A stretch of DNA of 64,000 nucleotides from Octopus vulgaris (lineage: Eukaryota), in NCBI GenBank assembly GCA_951406725.2, contig OX597815.1, positions 129,084,001 to 129,148,000 on the forward strand, written 5' to 3'. Positions 1-12,124 of this stretch are shown in pieces (the first letter of the stretch is position 1; the number at the start of each line of letters is the position of its first letter). A program made the position numbers and the translations under genes. Under the pieces are notes generated by a model. That model worked only from the letters and a program-made list of their open reading frames with translations. It ran no database searches and was not told the origin of the DNA.

Positions 1-1105
1 GAGCTTTGTGATTGTCTCTTGTGGAATTTCTGCCCACTTTTCACGCAACAATCAAAACAATTCATCTTTAGATTTAGGTTTCTGTCTAGTTTTTCATACA
101 GCTCTATCTAGCATGCTTCAAAGATTTTCAATTGGGTTCATGTCAAGAGATTGGCTCAGCCAAGGAAGCTTTATGATCTCATTTTCAATCAGCCATTGTT
201 GATTCTTTTTCACTGTGTGGCATGGAGCCCCATCTTCCATGAATAAAACCTCATTTTTCGTTATTTTATCATGTGAATACATCGGAAGTAGTCCTCGCTT
301 AAGTATTTCGATGTATTTTTCAGAGTTTATGGTTCCAACGCATTCGATCAGCTCAGAACGACAATTGCTGGTGACAGCTCCCCATACCATTACAGAGAAA
401 CTACCATGTTTCACAGTTGGTTGGAGTCGTTTCAAAGCAAATTCTGAATTGAGAAGCCTCCAGACCCAAACACGTCCACTGTCTGAAAATAATGCAAATC
501 TGGATTCATCTGAGAAAATCACTCTATCCCAAAATGAACTGGATTTTTCTGACATCTCCTTAACCCATTTCTTTCTTTTCATGATATTAATTGGTTGAAG
601 GAGAGGTTTTCTTCTAGCTGCTCGTTCATAATACCCAAGCTTATGCAGGTATGTAACACAGTCTTGGACTAACTTCTAGCTGTTTTGCAATGTCAGAAGC
701 CTTCGAATGGGGTTCATTTTCCACAATTCTCTTCAAACAGCGAAGCTTCCTTTCCAAGGGTCCAGGTCAGCCAGGACAAGAATCTGTTGATTCTTTTCCT
801 TGGCTTTTGAATTGCACTATAATTCTATTAACAGTAGCAAGAGGAATTTGAAGATTTTCAGCAATTTTTCGCTGGCTAAGACCAGCCTCAGATTTCCCAA
901 CAATACGACCTCTTTGAAAATCTGACAGTTCTTCTAAATGTTTTGTGCATGGCATGGTTACTCTTCACAAATGTTTAATATAATGGCACCTGGAATGAAA
1001 AAGAATAATTACATTGTAAATTCTACACTGCTGAAAACATATTAAAACACGTAGATCAGAAATTTTGATAATTAAAGGTGTCTATTTACTTCCTGCATGT
1101 CTGTG
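1..1105 (-). mobile_element. Tc1-family DNA transposon (DD34E), degenerate, runs off the left edge of the window
   Basis: ORF 767..955 encodes an HTH N-terminus ([11 protein letters not shown]...[10 protein letters not shown]). ORF 118..582 has the catalytic motifs [16 protein letters not shown] and [10 protein letters not shown], with the following Trp codon changed to TGA at 118-120. The two ORFs are frameshifted. A likely terminus (CACAGACATGCAGGAAGTAAATAGACAC on minus) ends at 1105, followed by TA. The second TIR is outside the window. Confidence 0.9.
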
Positions 1106-1262
1106 TATATATATTGAAGGTGCATGCCTCAGTGGTTAGAGCGTCAGGCTTACAATCATGCGGTTATGAGTTTGATTACCGGACCAGGCTGTGTTGTGTT
1201 CATAAGTGACAATTCACAAAACTGTCGGTCTTTGAATCACTTTGTTGCTTCAGCTATATATT

Positions 1263-1338
<76 letters not shown>

Positions 1339-1519
1339 GTGTGTGTATGTATATATAATTGTTATCCGTTATATCGGAAATCTGCAATGGCTCCATAACT
1401 ATCGTCTCGGCTATAATCTTTGACGTCCTGTACCCATATATGTGTATGCATATACATATATATGTAAGTATGTACATATATGTATATATATATGCATATA
1501 TATGTATATATAATAAATA

Positions 1520-1890
1520 ATAATAATAATGAAATTATTGTATACAGTGCTCAGGTGTACTACAACTTGTCAGAAAGGGCGTATAAAGTATATGCAGTAA
1601 TGTACAAATGTCTGGAAAGTGAACAGTGTATGAGTCAGATACATGCTTGCGTGTGTATGGAGGGGAGAAAATCAGGTGTAGTGTTGGCGAATCTCAGGAA
1701 GCATGGAAGTTTTGAAGGATGCAGTGCTCCGACAACTAACAACTGATGCTGGCAGTTTGTACCATGCTTCAGCAACTCTTAGAGTGAAAAAATGTTTCTT
1801 AAAGTCATGGGAGCTGTGCTGTTTTCTGACTTTGTAAATATGTCCACGGGTGTTAGACGGGTGGAGTTTGAAAAGGTGCTCAGAGTTATA
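1520..1890 (-). mobile_element. CR1-type LINE 3' fragment
   Basis: ORF 1672..1920 contains TRGHIYKVRKQHSSHDFKKHFFTLRVAEAWYKLP, the CR1 ORF2 C-terminal pattern. A diverged second copy lies at about 50240-50500 (+). Confidence 0.75.
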
Positions 1891-2044
1891 TATATATACA
1901 TATGGCGTTAGGAAGGGCATCCAGCCGTAGAAACACTGTCAAATCTGACTGGGCCTGATGAAGCCTTCCGGCTTCACAGACCCCAGTTAAACCGTCCAAC
2001 CCATGCTAGCATGGAAAACGGACGCTAAATGATGATGATGATAA

Positions 2045-2092
<48 letters not shown>

Positions 2093-2699
2093 TATATATA
2101 TATTATCAATAATAATAAAGGGTAAAATTAATTAATCAATTTATAATTAATAATCTTACCAAGTAGTTCGGTATGTTAAAAGAACCATTATCGGTAAACT
2201 TATAAAAAAATTATTATAATTATAAACATAATTATAATTAGGGTTTAATAAAATTGCTTCACCACATACCGAAGTTTAGAAAGAGCAGTTAAATACTATT
2301 CTACTACCATAAGATATCTCCCAGACAGCAATACTCACAACTCAGAGAAAAAAAATAATGAATCCACCTGGCTTTGATTAACTATATACACGTCTCTGGA
2401 TTAAAGATATGTAAAATAACTCAAACCTTATTTCAGTCATCAGTATAGTATTTCAATCATAAATTTGAGAGCACTAGTAATCAAAATAATTTATTCAACC
2501 AAGTGCCACCGAGAAGGTGCGAGCCCTAACTCGTCTGTATAAATTCAGAAGTACTGGTTTTTTGGATATTAATTTTGTTCAGTGGTGCCATGCAGTGGGA
2601 CTGAACCTAGAACCATGTGGTTAGGAAGCAAGTTTCTTACCACACAGCCACGCCTGCACCTTAAATATATATATTAATATAAATATACATTAATATATA

Positions 2700-3302
2700 T
2701 ATAATGTTTGTAGCCACTTCAACATGGCTATCCATCTGAATGGACTTTACTGGACACCTCATCTGCTAGAGATAGCAGTAGCTCACTTCCGTTCTCAATA
2801 TATACAATTTCAAGCGACACACAGTTGCTGATTTGGCAACAAGCAAAAATGCTAGTTCAAAAATCTCTCTAAGAGATCAATGCAAGAGTTCTACTAACAA
2901 GTAATGTTCGTAGCCACTTCAACATTTGAACAGACCATTTGAACAGACTTTACTGCAATTTTTTAACCCCAAGAGGACATATCCTCTAGCTGGTTAACAA
3001 TGCACGACTGCATCCAATGTATTGCAAGCAGCGGAGCAAACCCCTACCACTTTCTAGTGATGGGACGAGCAGACCAGCCTGGTTTCAAGCTATTTCTATC
3101 TCTTTTCAGTACTGGACTCCTCACTAAATTCACAAGTTTTTTTTTATTCTCTCTGTTTATTTTCTCTGATTCCTTCCTGTTGAAGAGCATAGGATCAAAA
3201 CACGAAAGACTTTTTCACTTTCCCAAGCATCAAATTAATACACCTGCTTATTGTTCATACACCTGTTTTTGTCTTTTGTTTTTCTATAAATTTCAACTAT
3301 CA
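2700..3302 (+). mobile_element. Interspersed repeat, probable Penelope-like element remnant with a degenerate hammerhead
   Basis: The 3' ~130 nt recurs at about 20900-21075 (-) and 30230-30330 (+). It contains TTGAAGAGC-ATAG-GATC-AAAA at 3180-3200, compared with GGAAGAGT-GTAG-GCTC-GTAA in the 21 kb copy. The family assignment is inference. Confidence 0.45.
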
Positions 3303-3667
3303 TAGTAATGTGTGCTGAGAAAACTGAGGTTATTATGCCAGTGAAGAAACCAGTCCATGTGAGTCCAAGTACTTGAATGTATGCTGGGGGATTGTCTTAG
3401 CCCATTTACCTTTGGATGGTTGATTTCTGTAGTTATTATCAGTGTATTTTGGCAATTTTGTAGACATATTCAGTGTGTCCTTTGATTAATTTTAATCCTT
3501 TAGTTATTTAATGCCTTTATTGGGCCTACAATTGCCTATATTATTGATTCTGTTATTATAATTTTTTTTATTTTAATTGTTACACTAGATAATACAGAGT
3601 CAATGATATCTTTGTAAATTATTTTTTCGTGAATTATTTTTTTCTCATGAATTATTTGCTCCAATTT

Positions 3668-3707
<40 letters not shown>

Positions 3708-5055
3708 CATATATCATAACTTAGTGGTTCAGCAAAAGAAACCAACTGAATAAGTACCAGGTTTAAAAAATAATCCCTGGGGTTGATTTATTCAACTAAA
3801 ATTTCTTCAAAGCAATGCCTAAGCATAGCCACAGTCAAAAGACTGAAATAAGTAAAAAAATAAAAGAAAGATACATGCATGTGTCCAAATTTATTGCATA
3901 CTTTGTATTTTATGTACAATATACTTTTACCTTTTTCTTTGATTTATGTTATCTTTTTGAAACTGCAGAAATGCAGAAGAAATTAGCTGGTTTAGAAGAC
4001 TTCATCTTAAATAAAGAATGTTCTCATTCACATCATTAAAGTATAAAGCAAACATCTCAGTTTCCTATCAGGATCAATGTAAGATTACCATAAGAAGATT
4101 ATTAATGACCATAGTTTTTCTTCTCAGAATGACTTTACATACATCTTAAGGTTATCAGTATTTGTATAAAATACATTCTTTCTCTTCAGTATACAGATTA
4201 TTTCATTAATCTGTATACTAAAACAATATGGAATAGAAGAGAAATGTAGAATGTTTGGTAATACTTTTCATTCATTATTAACACAGTTTTTAATGTTAAG
4301 TTATCACAACGAATAATTTAGATGTATACAGGCTCCACCCAAATTCACTTCTTCACACCTTGTCATTTTCACACACACCCATAACTAACACCAGCTTAAC
4401 AGCATTATAACTGCTACATCCTGCTGGTAAAGCAATGCACAGGGTCCTAGAGCCATCTTAGCAGCATTCTAGACCCCAGGAGAATGAATGTGCTGGACCC
4501 TAAAGTATTAATGTTATTGACTGCAAGTCACAGCATACATAGATCAGAATTTAAGTTTTCTTTTTGGGGAATATTCCTTAATGTCTCCTGTAATGATAGG
4601 ATTACTTCCCTTGTAAAAGAGAGAGAGAGAGAGAGAGAGAATTAACATTATTAGTGGGATATGTTACTATGTTTTTACTATTTTAATTGGTGGAGAGTAA
4701 TTATTTCCATTATAATAGATGTTAGGCAGTGAGGTAGCAGAATTATTAACATGCTTTGCATCATTTCTTCTGGTTTTACATTCTGAGTTCAAATCTACTG
4801 GGCTCAGCTCTACCTTTCATCCTATTAGAGTCAGTAAAATAAGTACCAAATGAGCGCTGAGGTTGATCTAATCGAATAGCTTCCTCCCCACAAAATGTCA
4901 GGCCTTGTTCCAAAAGTATAAAGAATTATAATAGAAAAATATAGTGTTAGTGTAATTATAGCTATTATGACATAAATATGATAAATATGGCCCTGAAATA
5001 AGAACGCTATTTGAGGGAACATCTTAATTAAATCAATCAATCAATGAATATTCTG

Positions 5056-5372
5056 GAGATGTACTCGCATAGCAAGTGATTTGATCTGAGATCGTGTGCT
5101 GAAACAAAAACAATTGCAGCGTGGAAGGTGTTTGTAAGCCATTTAAGAAACACACAAAAGCCGTTCGATTCACTTCAACATTTAAGTTTAACTTGTCAAA
5201 ATATTTTCGTCGCTAAAATCCGCGACCTTTTCACTGACAAAAATCCGTGCTGCAGTGAACAGGTCACGGATTTTAGCGACGAAAATATTTTGACAAATTA
5301 AACTTAAATGTTGAAGTGAATCAAACAGCTTTTGTGTGTTTCTTAAATGGCTTACAAACACCTTCCACGCTG
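5056..5372. mobile_element. Foldback element with hammerhead-like motif and 14-bp flanking direct repeat
   Basis: Inverted arms at about 5113-5236 and 5253-5376. CAATGAATATTCTG occurs at 5042-5055 and 5373-5386. A single-arm copy lies at about 37045-37246. Confidence 0.8.
5192..5241 (-). ncRNA. Minimal type I hammerhead-ribozyme-like fold, variant core
   Basis: Minus strand reads TTTGTCA-GTGAAAA-G-GTCGC-ggatttta-GCGAC-GAAA-ATAT-TT-TGACAAA, giving a 7-bp stem I, 5-bp stem II and palindromic helix III. The inverted arm (5255-5297, +) has the core GTGAACA. Confidence 0.6.
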
Positions 5373-6956
5373 CAATGAATATTCTGTGAAGCACAAAACA
5401 AAAGATTTTGAAAGATTAGAAAATTTATATATAATGATATAATATGCTATAAATCTTTATCATCATCTTTTTACATCTGCTTACCATGCTGGCATGTGTT
5501 AAATGGGTTGTTGCTAATTTTCCTAGATGTTGCTGAGAACCACTTCTAACTAATAAGTTTTATTTTTGACTTGATATTTTTTTTTATTATTGTTAGATGC
5601 CCTTTTTAATACCGACCCATTCAGAGAGTATTTTTATCATCATCATTTCACATCCATGTTCCATGCTGGCATGGGTTGGATGATTTGACTGGGTTCCAAG
5701 ATTGTATCGTACTCCACTCTCTACTTTGGTACAGTTTCAATAGCTGGATGCTCTTCCTAATGCTAACCACTTTACAGTGTGTACTAGATTTTTTTTTTAT
5801 AGCACCAGCACCAGTGAGGTCACTATGCAGTCTGTAAGATTAAGATCCCCTTCAGCTGAAAGGGGCTGCAGTAGAGAGAGAGGTGGCTTTATGAAGGGTG
5901 CATATTTTTTTAATTATCATCAATGCTTCTGTAACTTTGCTTTTTCTAGGTAGGGGCTGTTGGCCCCACCCAAATTCATTTTTATCTCTAGGAAAGAGGT
6001 GCTCCATATTAGTGTTGTTTCTATCCTTTGATTATTGAGGTCCTGCCAAGAGCGTTGGCTCCACTAGCATAGCTCTCAGTCATTGAAGTACACAGGTCAC
6101 CATGGCTTATCTATTTATCTATCTATTCTTTACATGCACAAATATCTGGGTGAATGTCTGTCTCTCTCATCCTCCATTGATCTTTCCTGATCTTTTGAAA
6201 CACATCACAGTGTGGAGAGTATTGTAGTTCACTTGAAGCATTGTGTATTGTTTGTAAAGAATAAAAAAATTTGAATGGTATAACAATGCACTATAATACA
6301 GACAATGGGCTATGTACCTGTTGTAATTTAGCCATCCATAGTCTGATATGATATTTCAGAATAATATTCCTTCTTCAGATATTCTTAGGAGGAGTCGCTG
6401 CTTTAATCGGTTTTCTAACAGCTTTTCTTTTTTATTTTTTGGAAGCTTCTCAGCAGTGGTCTCACGACGCTCCTTCTGGAATTCCTCATGAGAAGTGTGC
6501 ATGAGGTCGGCCATGTCTCAATCTCGTGTGTGCTGGTACATCCATAGTGTTGCTTTTAAGTTATGTATTATACGTGCAGCTTCCTTTTTTCCCCTTTCTT
6601 TTTTTTTGTCTTCTCTTCTTTTTTTTTTTGTTAAAATCTACAGAATAACTGTCACCCTACAATTGTCAATCTGTCGCTCTCATTTCTAACTTCTCGGAAG
6701 TTGATTGAAGCAACTGCCAGCAATCACTTCCTCCAACACAACTTGTCTTGTTACTCACCAGATGTTCCTTGTCCGTGAAAACTTTGACAAAAGCAATGCC
6801 ATTGGACTTGAGAATATCTTAGGCTACTTGCTTATGGTCTGGTGAGGTGTCTGCTTGCTTGCCTATTGTCTGACATGAGATGTCTGGTCAATTGTGGGTC
6901 AAGCCTGTCTACAGAAAATTAAGGAAAAGATAAAGGGTAGTATAATTGGTAAATTT

Positions 6957-7545
6957 TGATTCTTTCACCCACACGATTTTCACTAAGAAAAAAAAACTCA
7001 TATTTTTTGCATAGACTCAAGTACCCTGACCTCCGAATGTGCAGCAAACCCCTTATTTTTGTTTTGAAAAACAGGATAGGGGGTGGAGTGGGGCAGCATA
7101 TCCCGAAATCATCGGGATTTTTTTTTTCCATTGAATGAATTCCGGTGATCTAATATGCTACAAAACCCTTTTTTTGGGTTCGGAAAATAGGGTGGGGTCA
7201 GATGGAAGTCTTGGAAATTTCACCCCTCACCCCCATTGATCTTTTTGCCTACACGATTTTCACTAAGAAAAAAAAACTCAGATTTTTTTTATTGGAATCA
7301 AGTACCCTGACCCCCTAATATGCTGCAAACCCCTTATTTTTGTTTGGAAAAATAGGGGTGGGGTGGAAAACCGGACCCCCCCCCCCCCATCATATCCTGG
7401 AATCACTGGAAATCATTATTTTTTTTCATTCAATGAATGAATTCCAACGACCTCGTAGTATGCTACAAAACCCTTGTTTGGGTTCAGAAAATGGGATAGG
7501 AAGGGGTGGAACCCTTGGAAATCTCACCCCCACCCCCATTTTCAA
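6957..7545. repeat. Tandem duplication of about 280-290 bp with internal sub-repeats; possibly a DNA-transposon subterminal region
   Basis: ACACGATTTTCACTAAGAAAAAAAAACTCA...CAAGTACCCTGAC...GCAAACCCC...AATAGGGG occurs at about 6971 and 7251. TATGCTACAAAACCCTT...GGAAAT..CACCCC occurs at about 7154 and 7459. Confidence 0.7.
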
Positions 7546-8129
7546 ATAATTTTTGCTATTTCTTTCTTTATCCATAATTTTAGATAACATTTTGCAGAAA
7601 TATGTTTTCAAGAGAGTGTGGATTACATTAGATTGAAAATTCAAAGACGTTTGAAATGAATAAGTGAAAATGCAGAGGTTATAGAAGTTAGTGGTAACGA
7701 AGTGTGTAGAGAGATAACAAACGATAAATTCATCTAAAAAATACACGTTAGAGTTTTTGCATGTGAAATGAAGTAATGTTAAAACAAAAATATCTTTTTC
7801 CTACCTCTTAAAATCACTGGATATAATATATATAATAATCCCAGATTGCAGAATAGATTCGAAAAGCTAAATCATTTTCCCTTTACAAGTTTTGGTGCCA
7901 AAATGAGTTCCATTTTTGTGTGGAGAGAGAGAGAGAGCAACAGAGAGAGAAAGATAGGGAGAGAGAGAGAGAGAGAGAGAGAGCAAGAGAGAGAGAGAGA
8001 GAGAGAGAGCAAAAGAGAGAGAGAGAAAGAGAGAGAGAAAGAAAGAGAGTGAGTGAGTGGGTGACAAAGTTTACCTAAGCTTTGAATGATGTAACAATAT
8101 ATCATAATTATATATATCATTATATATCA

Positions 8130-8790
8130 TCATCATTATCATCATCATTGTTTAGCATTTGCTTTCCATGCTGGTATGAAGCTGTCCGGACTCCACCTGG
8201 CTGTTGTGGTATGGTTTCTATGGTGAGATGCCCTTCCAAATGCCAGCCACTTAACAAAGTGTGCTGGGTGCATTTTATGTGCTACCTGCACAGGTGTGTT
8301 AACACAGCTTCACCATGAGTGCTTTTTAAGTGGCACCACCACCTGAAAGGAGAAGCTTGGATGTGTGGAAGACAATGATTTTACTTAGCTTGATGCATCT
8401 TATCAAGTACAGCAAATCCCTACACCTCCCAGTCCCTTGACATTTCCTCAGTGAGGCCCAAGCTTCCAAAGATCCCTTCTCAGCATTACATCCCACATCT
8501 TCATGGATCTATCCCTTCCACAGGTACCCTTTTTTATGCAGCTGTCCTCATCCATATGCATCACATGACCAAACCAGCACAGTTTTCTCTCTTGCACACA
8601 ACACCTGATGCCTCTTGCACCCAGTTTTTCTCTCAAATCACTCACACTGTCATATTACCCATCCAGCAGACTGACATTACCCATCCAGCAGAGCATGCTA
8701 GTTTCATTTTTTTCATGCCTTTGCAAGTCCCTTGAAGTCAAAGCTCATGTTTCACAACCATGCAACATAGCATCGGAGAGTGGATGTTAA
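8130..8790 (-). mobile_element. RTE-clade LINE 3' remnant
   Basis: ORF 8448..8645 reads LREKLGARGIRCCVQERKLCWFGHVMHMDEDS, matching the RTE RRLRWFGHV motif. It ends in the CATGGAAAGC..AAACAATGATGATGAT-type tail seen many times in the window. Confidence 0.7.
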
Positions 8791-9145
8791 AATGATAATA
8801 GAACACAGATGTGCATGCCCACATCCACTACAAAACTTATAGATATAATACCACTATACAAATTCCATTTCCACAAGAACACCAACCTTAAGGACACACA
8901 CATTTCCCACAGACTTTTCAGAGAATTCTTACCAACTTGCAACATAACCACCTCAGGGGCAATGTTTTGGTAGTAAGGGACATAACTCTGAACTCAATCC
9001 ACTACTCATTTTGTTTCATCATCTATTTCACAGCAACAGTAAACCGGATGTGTCTATTCACCTCCAACATTGCCATATTTCATTCCATAACAGCTACCTC
9101 TGATGAGTACAGGGTTACATAATTGGATTATTACCTAACACTCCA

Positions 9146-9176
<31 letters not shown>

Positions 9177-9240
9177 ATTTGGCTCAAAAGCAAATAGCAA
9201 GGCCATGTAGGGGGACATGGAGTTAAGTACAGGGTGGTGT

Positions 9241-12060
9241 TCATGTAAAGAGTTCGGGCCACTTGAGGTCAAGGGAGGCTTTGAACAAAGCGGTCGCTGG
9301 CATCTTCACCATCTCGTCTGGCAGCTTGTTCCACGGATCCGCAACCCGGACAGAGAAAGCACCTCTCCTTCGGTTGAGATGAAATCGTCGCAGGTAGAGC
9401 TTTTCGGAATGACCCCGCAGCCGACGCTCTGGAGCAGGAGTGAAGAACAGCTCTTTCGAGAGGTTACACTTTCCGCTTATGATGTTGTGGGCGAGAATGA
9501 GATCACCACGGCGGCGGCGTTTTTCAAGAGAATAAAGGTCGAGCGTCCTCAGCCTTTCTTCGTAGGACAAATTTTTGAGACCATGAACCATGCGGGTAGC
9601 CAGCTTCTGGACTCTTTCGAGATGCTGTATGTCTTTGAGGAGATAAGGAGAAGAGGCTTGAATCCCATACTCCAATATGGGTCTCACCAGCGTGACATAG
9701 AGTGGTAGGAATATGGCTGCTGTGAGCATTCCGAATGACCGTCGAATCAAGAACAGAATTCCGCGTGCTTTGTTGGCAGCATGGACGCACTGGGCCGAAG
9801 GCGAAAAGGAGGAATCCACCAAGATACCTAGGTCCTTTACCTGATCGGTCCTCTCCAGCAGCAGACGACCCGGCTCGAAATCAAGTTGAGTTGCAGGAGT
9901 AGAGCCGACAGGCAGATGACAGCACTTTGACACGTTCAGACACAGGTCCCAATTGTTAGACCACTTCCAAATTTGGTGGAGGCATTGACGAAGATCCTCT
10001 ATATTACCGCGAGGAGCGACCAGTTTGATATCGTCGGCAAATAGAAGGGTGTGTTGCGTGAGGTCGTCAGGCAAGTCATTTATGAAGACTAAGAACAACA
10101 AGGGCCCAAGCACTGAACCTTGAGGCACACCACTGCTCGCACTGGAGACGTCGGACCGCGAACCATTAACTTGGACTTGGAAGGAGCGATCTGAGAGGAA
10201 GGCACCAACCCATCGTACAATATCCGGATGGAAACTATATGCTTGAAGCTTGACAAGCAATAGGCGGTGGTTTACCGAGTCAAAAGCTTTGGCAAAGTCC
10301 AGTAAAACGATGTCAACAGCATCACTATCATCGAGGATGCGCGTCACCAATTCTTCCATTACTAGTAGGTTGGTCAAGCATGATCTCTTCGGCACGAAGC
10401 CGTGTTGGGAATCAGAGATAGAGGCTGTGTTTAGGAGGTGGAGCATCATACTTTTCTTAAGGATGGTTTCGAACATCTTGCTGATAATTGATGTAAGGGA
10501 AACCGGTCGGTAGTTAAGCGGGTCTTCGCGGCTCCCTTTCTTGAAAATTGGGCAGATTATCGCTGTTCTCCAGTCTGCAGGTATAACACCCGTCGCCAAT
10601 GACATATTGAATAGTCGTGTTAAGGGCTCGCAGATGACCGGAGCCAACGCTTTGATAACCCGTGGGTGTATGCCGTCAGGGCCGTGACCTTTGTTGACAT
10701 CGAGGCCTTGAATAACACGTTTGACTTCGTCCCGCGTGATGACCAATCGAAGCATTGGAGGTACCGATCTATCAAATGGAGGGGGTTCACGACCATCATC
10801 TTGTTTGAAAATAGTTGAAAAAGCCTCGGCAAATAATTGACTCTGTTGATAAGGGTCCTCAATCGATACGCCTGTTGAGTCTACCAACGTTGCAATCTGG
10901 TTGTTCAAGCGGGAATTCCGCTGGACATGGGCAAAGAAGGTTTTTGGATTGCTACTGGCATTTGCCGCGATTTTGTATTCGTAACTGAAGCGTTCTTTCT
11001 TTTCAATTTTCACGGCTCGGTTTCGTTGAGTTTTGTACACCTCAAAAGCTGCAGTCGAATCCAGATTTTTGAATTCAGCCCAAGCAATATCTCTGAGTCG
11101 ACGTTCTCGTTTAACCCTCTTCGTCACCCAGGGCTTGTGTTTCTTCCTCTTGGGAAGCCCAACGGGAACTGCCAGGTCAGTCAAACAGATTACATATGCT
11201 TTGAGGGATGACCATAGTTCGTCAACTGAGGACAACGTCATCAGGGATTGCCAGTCCAGAAGCGCGGAAGCCTCGGTTAGAATTTCAAGATTAATTGCAG
11301 AGAAGACTCTACGTGGCAGCGAAGTAGTCGTGGGCGTAGAAAAAGTTGTGTGCATGATGAACTTCAGGACCGCATGATCACTCTTGGCAAGAGGGGCGCA
11401 CACAGATACGTCTGACACTGATCTTGGATAGCGGGAGAATACCAGATCTAGCATAGATGGCTGCTGCCCAGACCGATGCCTTGTCGGATATTCAACATGT
11501 TGCGATAGAAAACAATCTTCAGCCACGTCAAGAAGGGCCTGGCCGAACCGGGAAGATGTTGTACAAATTGATGCGGGCCAATCGATCGTGGGAGCGTTGA
11601 AGTCTCCTAGTACCAAACAGTCATGCGAAGCTGAAACGAATCTTATCGCTTCGAGTAGATGAGCATCGTCCTGGGGGTCGGCAAGAGGTGGCCTGTAGAC
11701 AGCCAACACGGGCAGGCAAAACTCAGATAGGCTCAGCTTGCAATAGACGGCATCGAATTTTGTCGTAGGCTGAGCATTAGTGGGTAGAATACCGCTGGAC
11801 GGTTTGTGCTCAGACTTAACATACACAGCAACACCTCCACCTCGCCTTTTTCCTCTGTCACATCTGAAAAGGACGTAGCCCTGCAGGTGGATTTCTGAGT
11901 CCTTTACTGCTGGAGTCAGCCAAGTCTCGGTGATAGCTATCACATCAGGGGAGTCATGTATGGCCAGTGTAAATAGTTCACTGAATTTGGGAATAAGGAG
12001 CACGAGTTGGTGTAGACGATGCTGAGCTGTGAAGTCTGAGGGGCGGGAGTTGGGGAGCAA
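9241..12060 (-). CDS. LINE ORF2: apurinic-type endonuclease plus reverse transcriptase (1-nt frameshift near the N-terminus)
   Basis: APE motifs DVIAITETWL, YRPP, LGDFNAP, LDLVFS and SDHAVL. RT motifs YRPVSLTS, QHGF, LDFAKAFDSV, GVPQGSVLGPLLF and LFADD. CR1 C-terminus RLRGHSEKL...FSVRVADPWNKLP. The first APE motif (LSIVYTNSCSL) lies in the adjacent frame near 11995-12025. Confidence 0.95.
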   Translation of the reverse strand: MLPNSRPSDFTAQHRLHQLVLLIPKFSELFTLAIHDSPDVIAITETWLTPAVKDSEIHLQGYVLFRCDRGKRRGGGVAVYVKSEHKPSSGILPTNAQPTTKFDAVYCKLSLSEFCLPVLAVYRPPLADPQDDAHLLEAIRFVSASHDCLVLGDFNAPTIDWPASICTTSSRFGQALLDVAEDCFLSQHVEYPTRHRSGQQPSMLDLVFSRYPRSVSDVSVCAPLAKSDHAVLKFIMHTTFSTPTTTSLPRRVFSAINLEILTEASALLDWQSLMTLSSVDELWSSLKAYVICLTDLAVPVGLPKRKKHKPWVTKRVKRERRLRDIAWAEFKNLDSTAAFEVYKTQRNRAVKIEKKERFSYEYKIAANASSNPKTFFAHVQRNSRLNNQIATLVDSTGVSIEDPYQQSQLFAEAFSTIFKQDDGREPPPFDRSVPPMLRLVITRDEVKRVIQGLDVNKGHGPDGIHPRVIKALAPVICEPLTRLFNMSLATGVIPADWRTAIICPIFKKGSREDPLNYRPVSLTSIISKMFETILKKSMMLHLLNTASISDSQHGFVPKRSCLTNLLVMEELVTRILDDSDAVDIVLLDFAKAFDSVNHRLLLVKLQAYSFHPDIVRWVGAFLSDRSFQVQVNGSRSDVSSASSGVPQGSVLGPLLFLVFINDLPDDLTQHTLLFADDIKLVAPRGNIEDLRQCLHQIWKWSNNWDLCLNVSKCCHLPVGSTPATQLDFEPGRLLLERTDQVKDLGILVDSSFSPSAQCVHAANKARGILFLIRRSFGMLTAAIFLPLYVTLVRPILEYGIQASSPYLLKDIQHLERVQKLATRMVHGLKNLSYEERLRTLDLYSLEKRRRRGDLILAHNIISGKCNLSKELFFTPAPERRLRGHSEKLYLRRFHLNRRRGAFSVRVADPWNKLPDEMVKMPATALFKASLDLKWPELFT

Positions 12061-12124
12061 GCAGAATAAGGGGTATCAGAGATAGCATCGTTGACGGGGG
12101 TATCAACTTCTCTTCGATTTGCCC

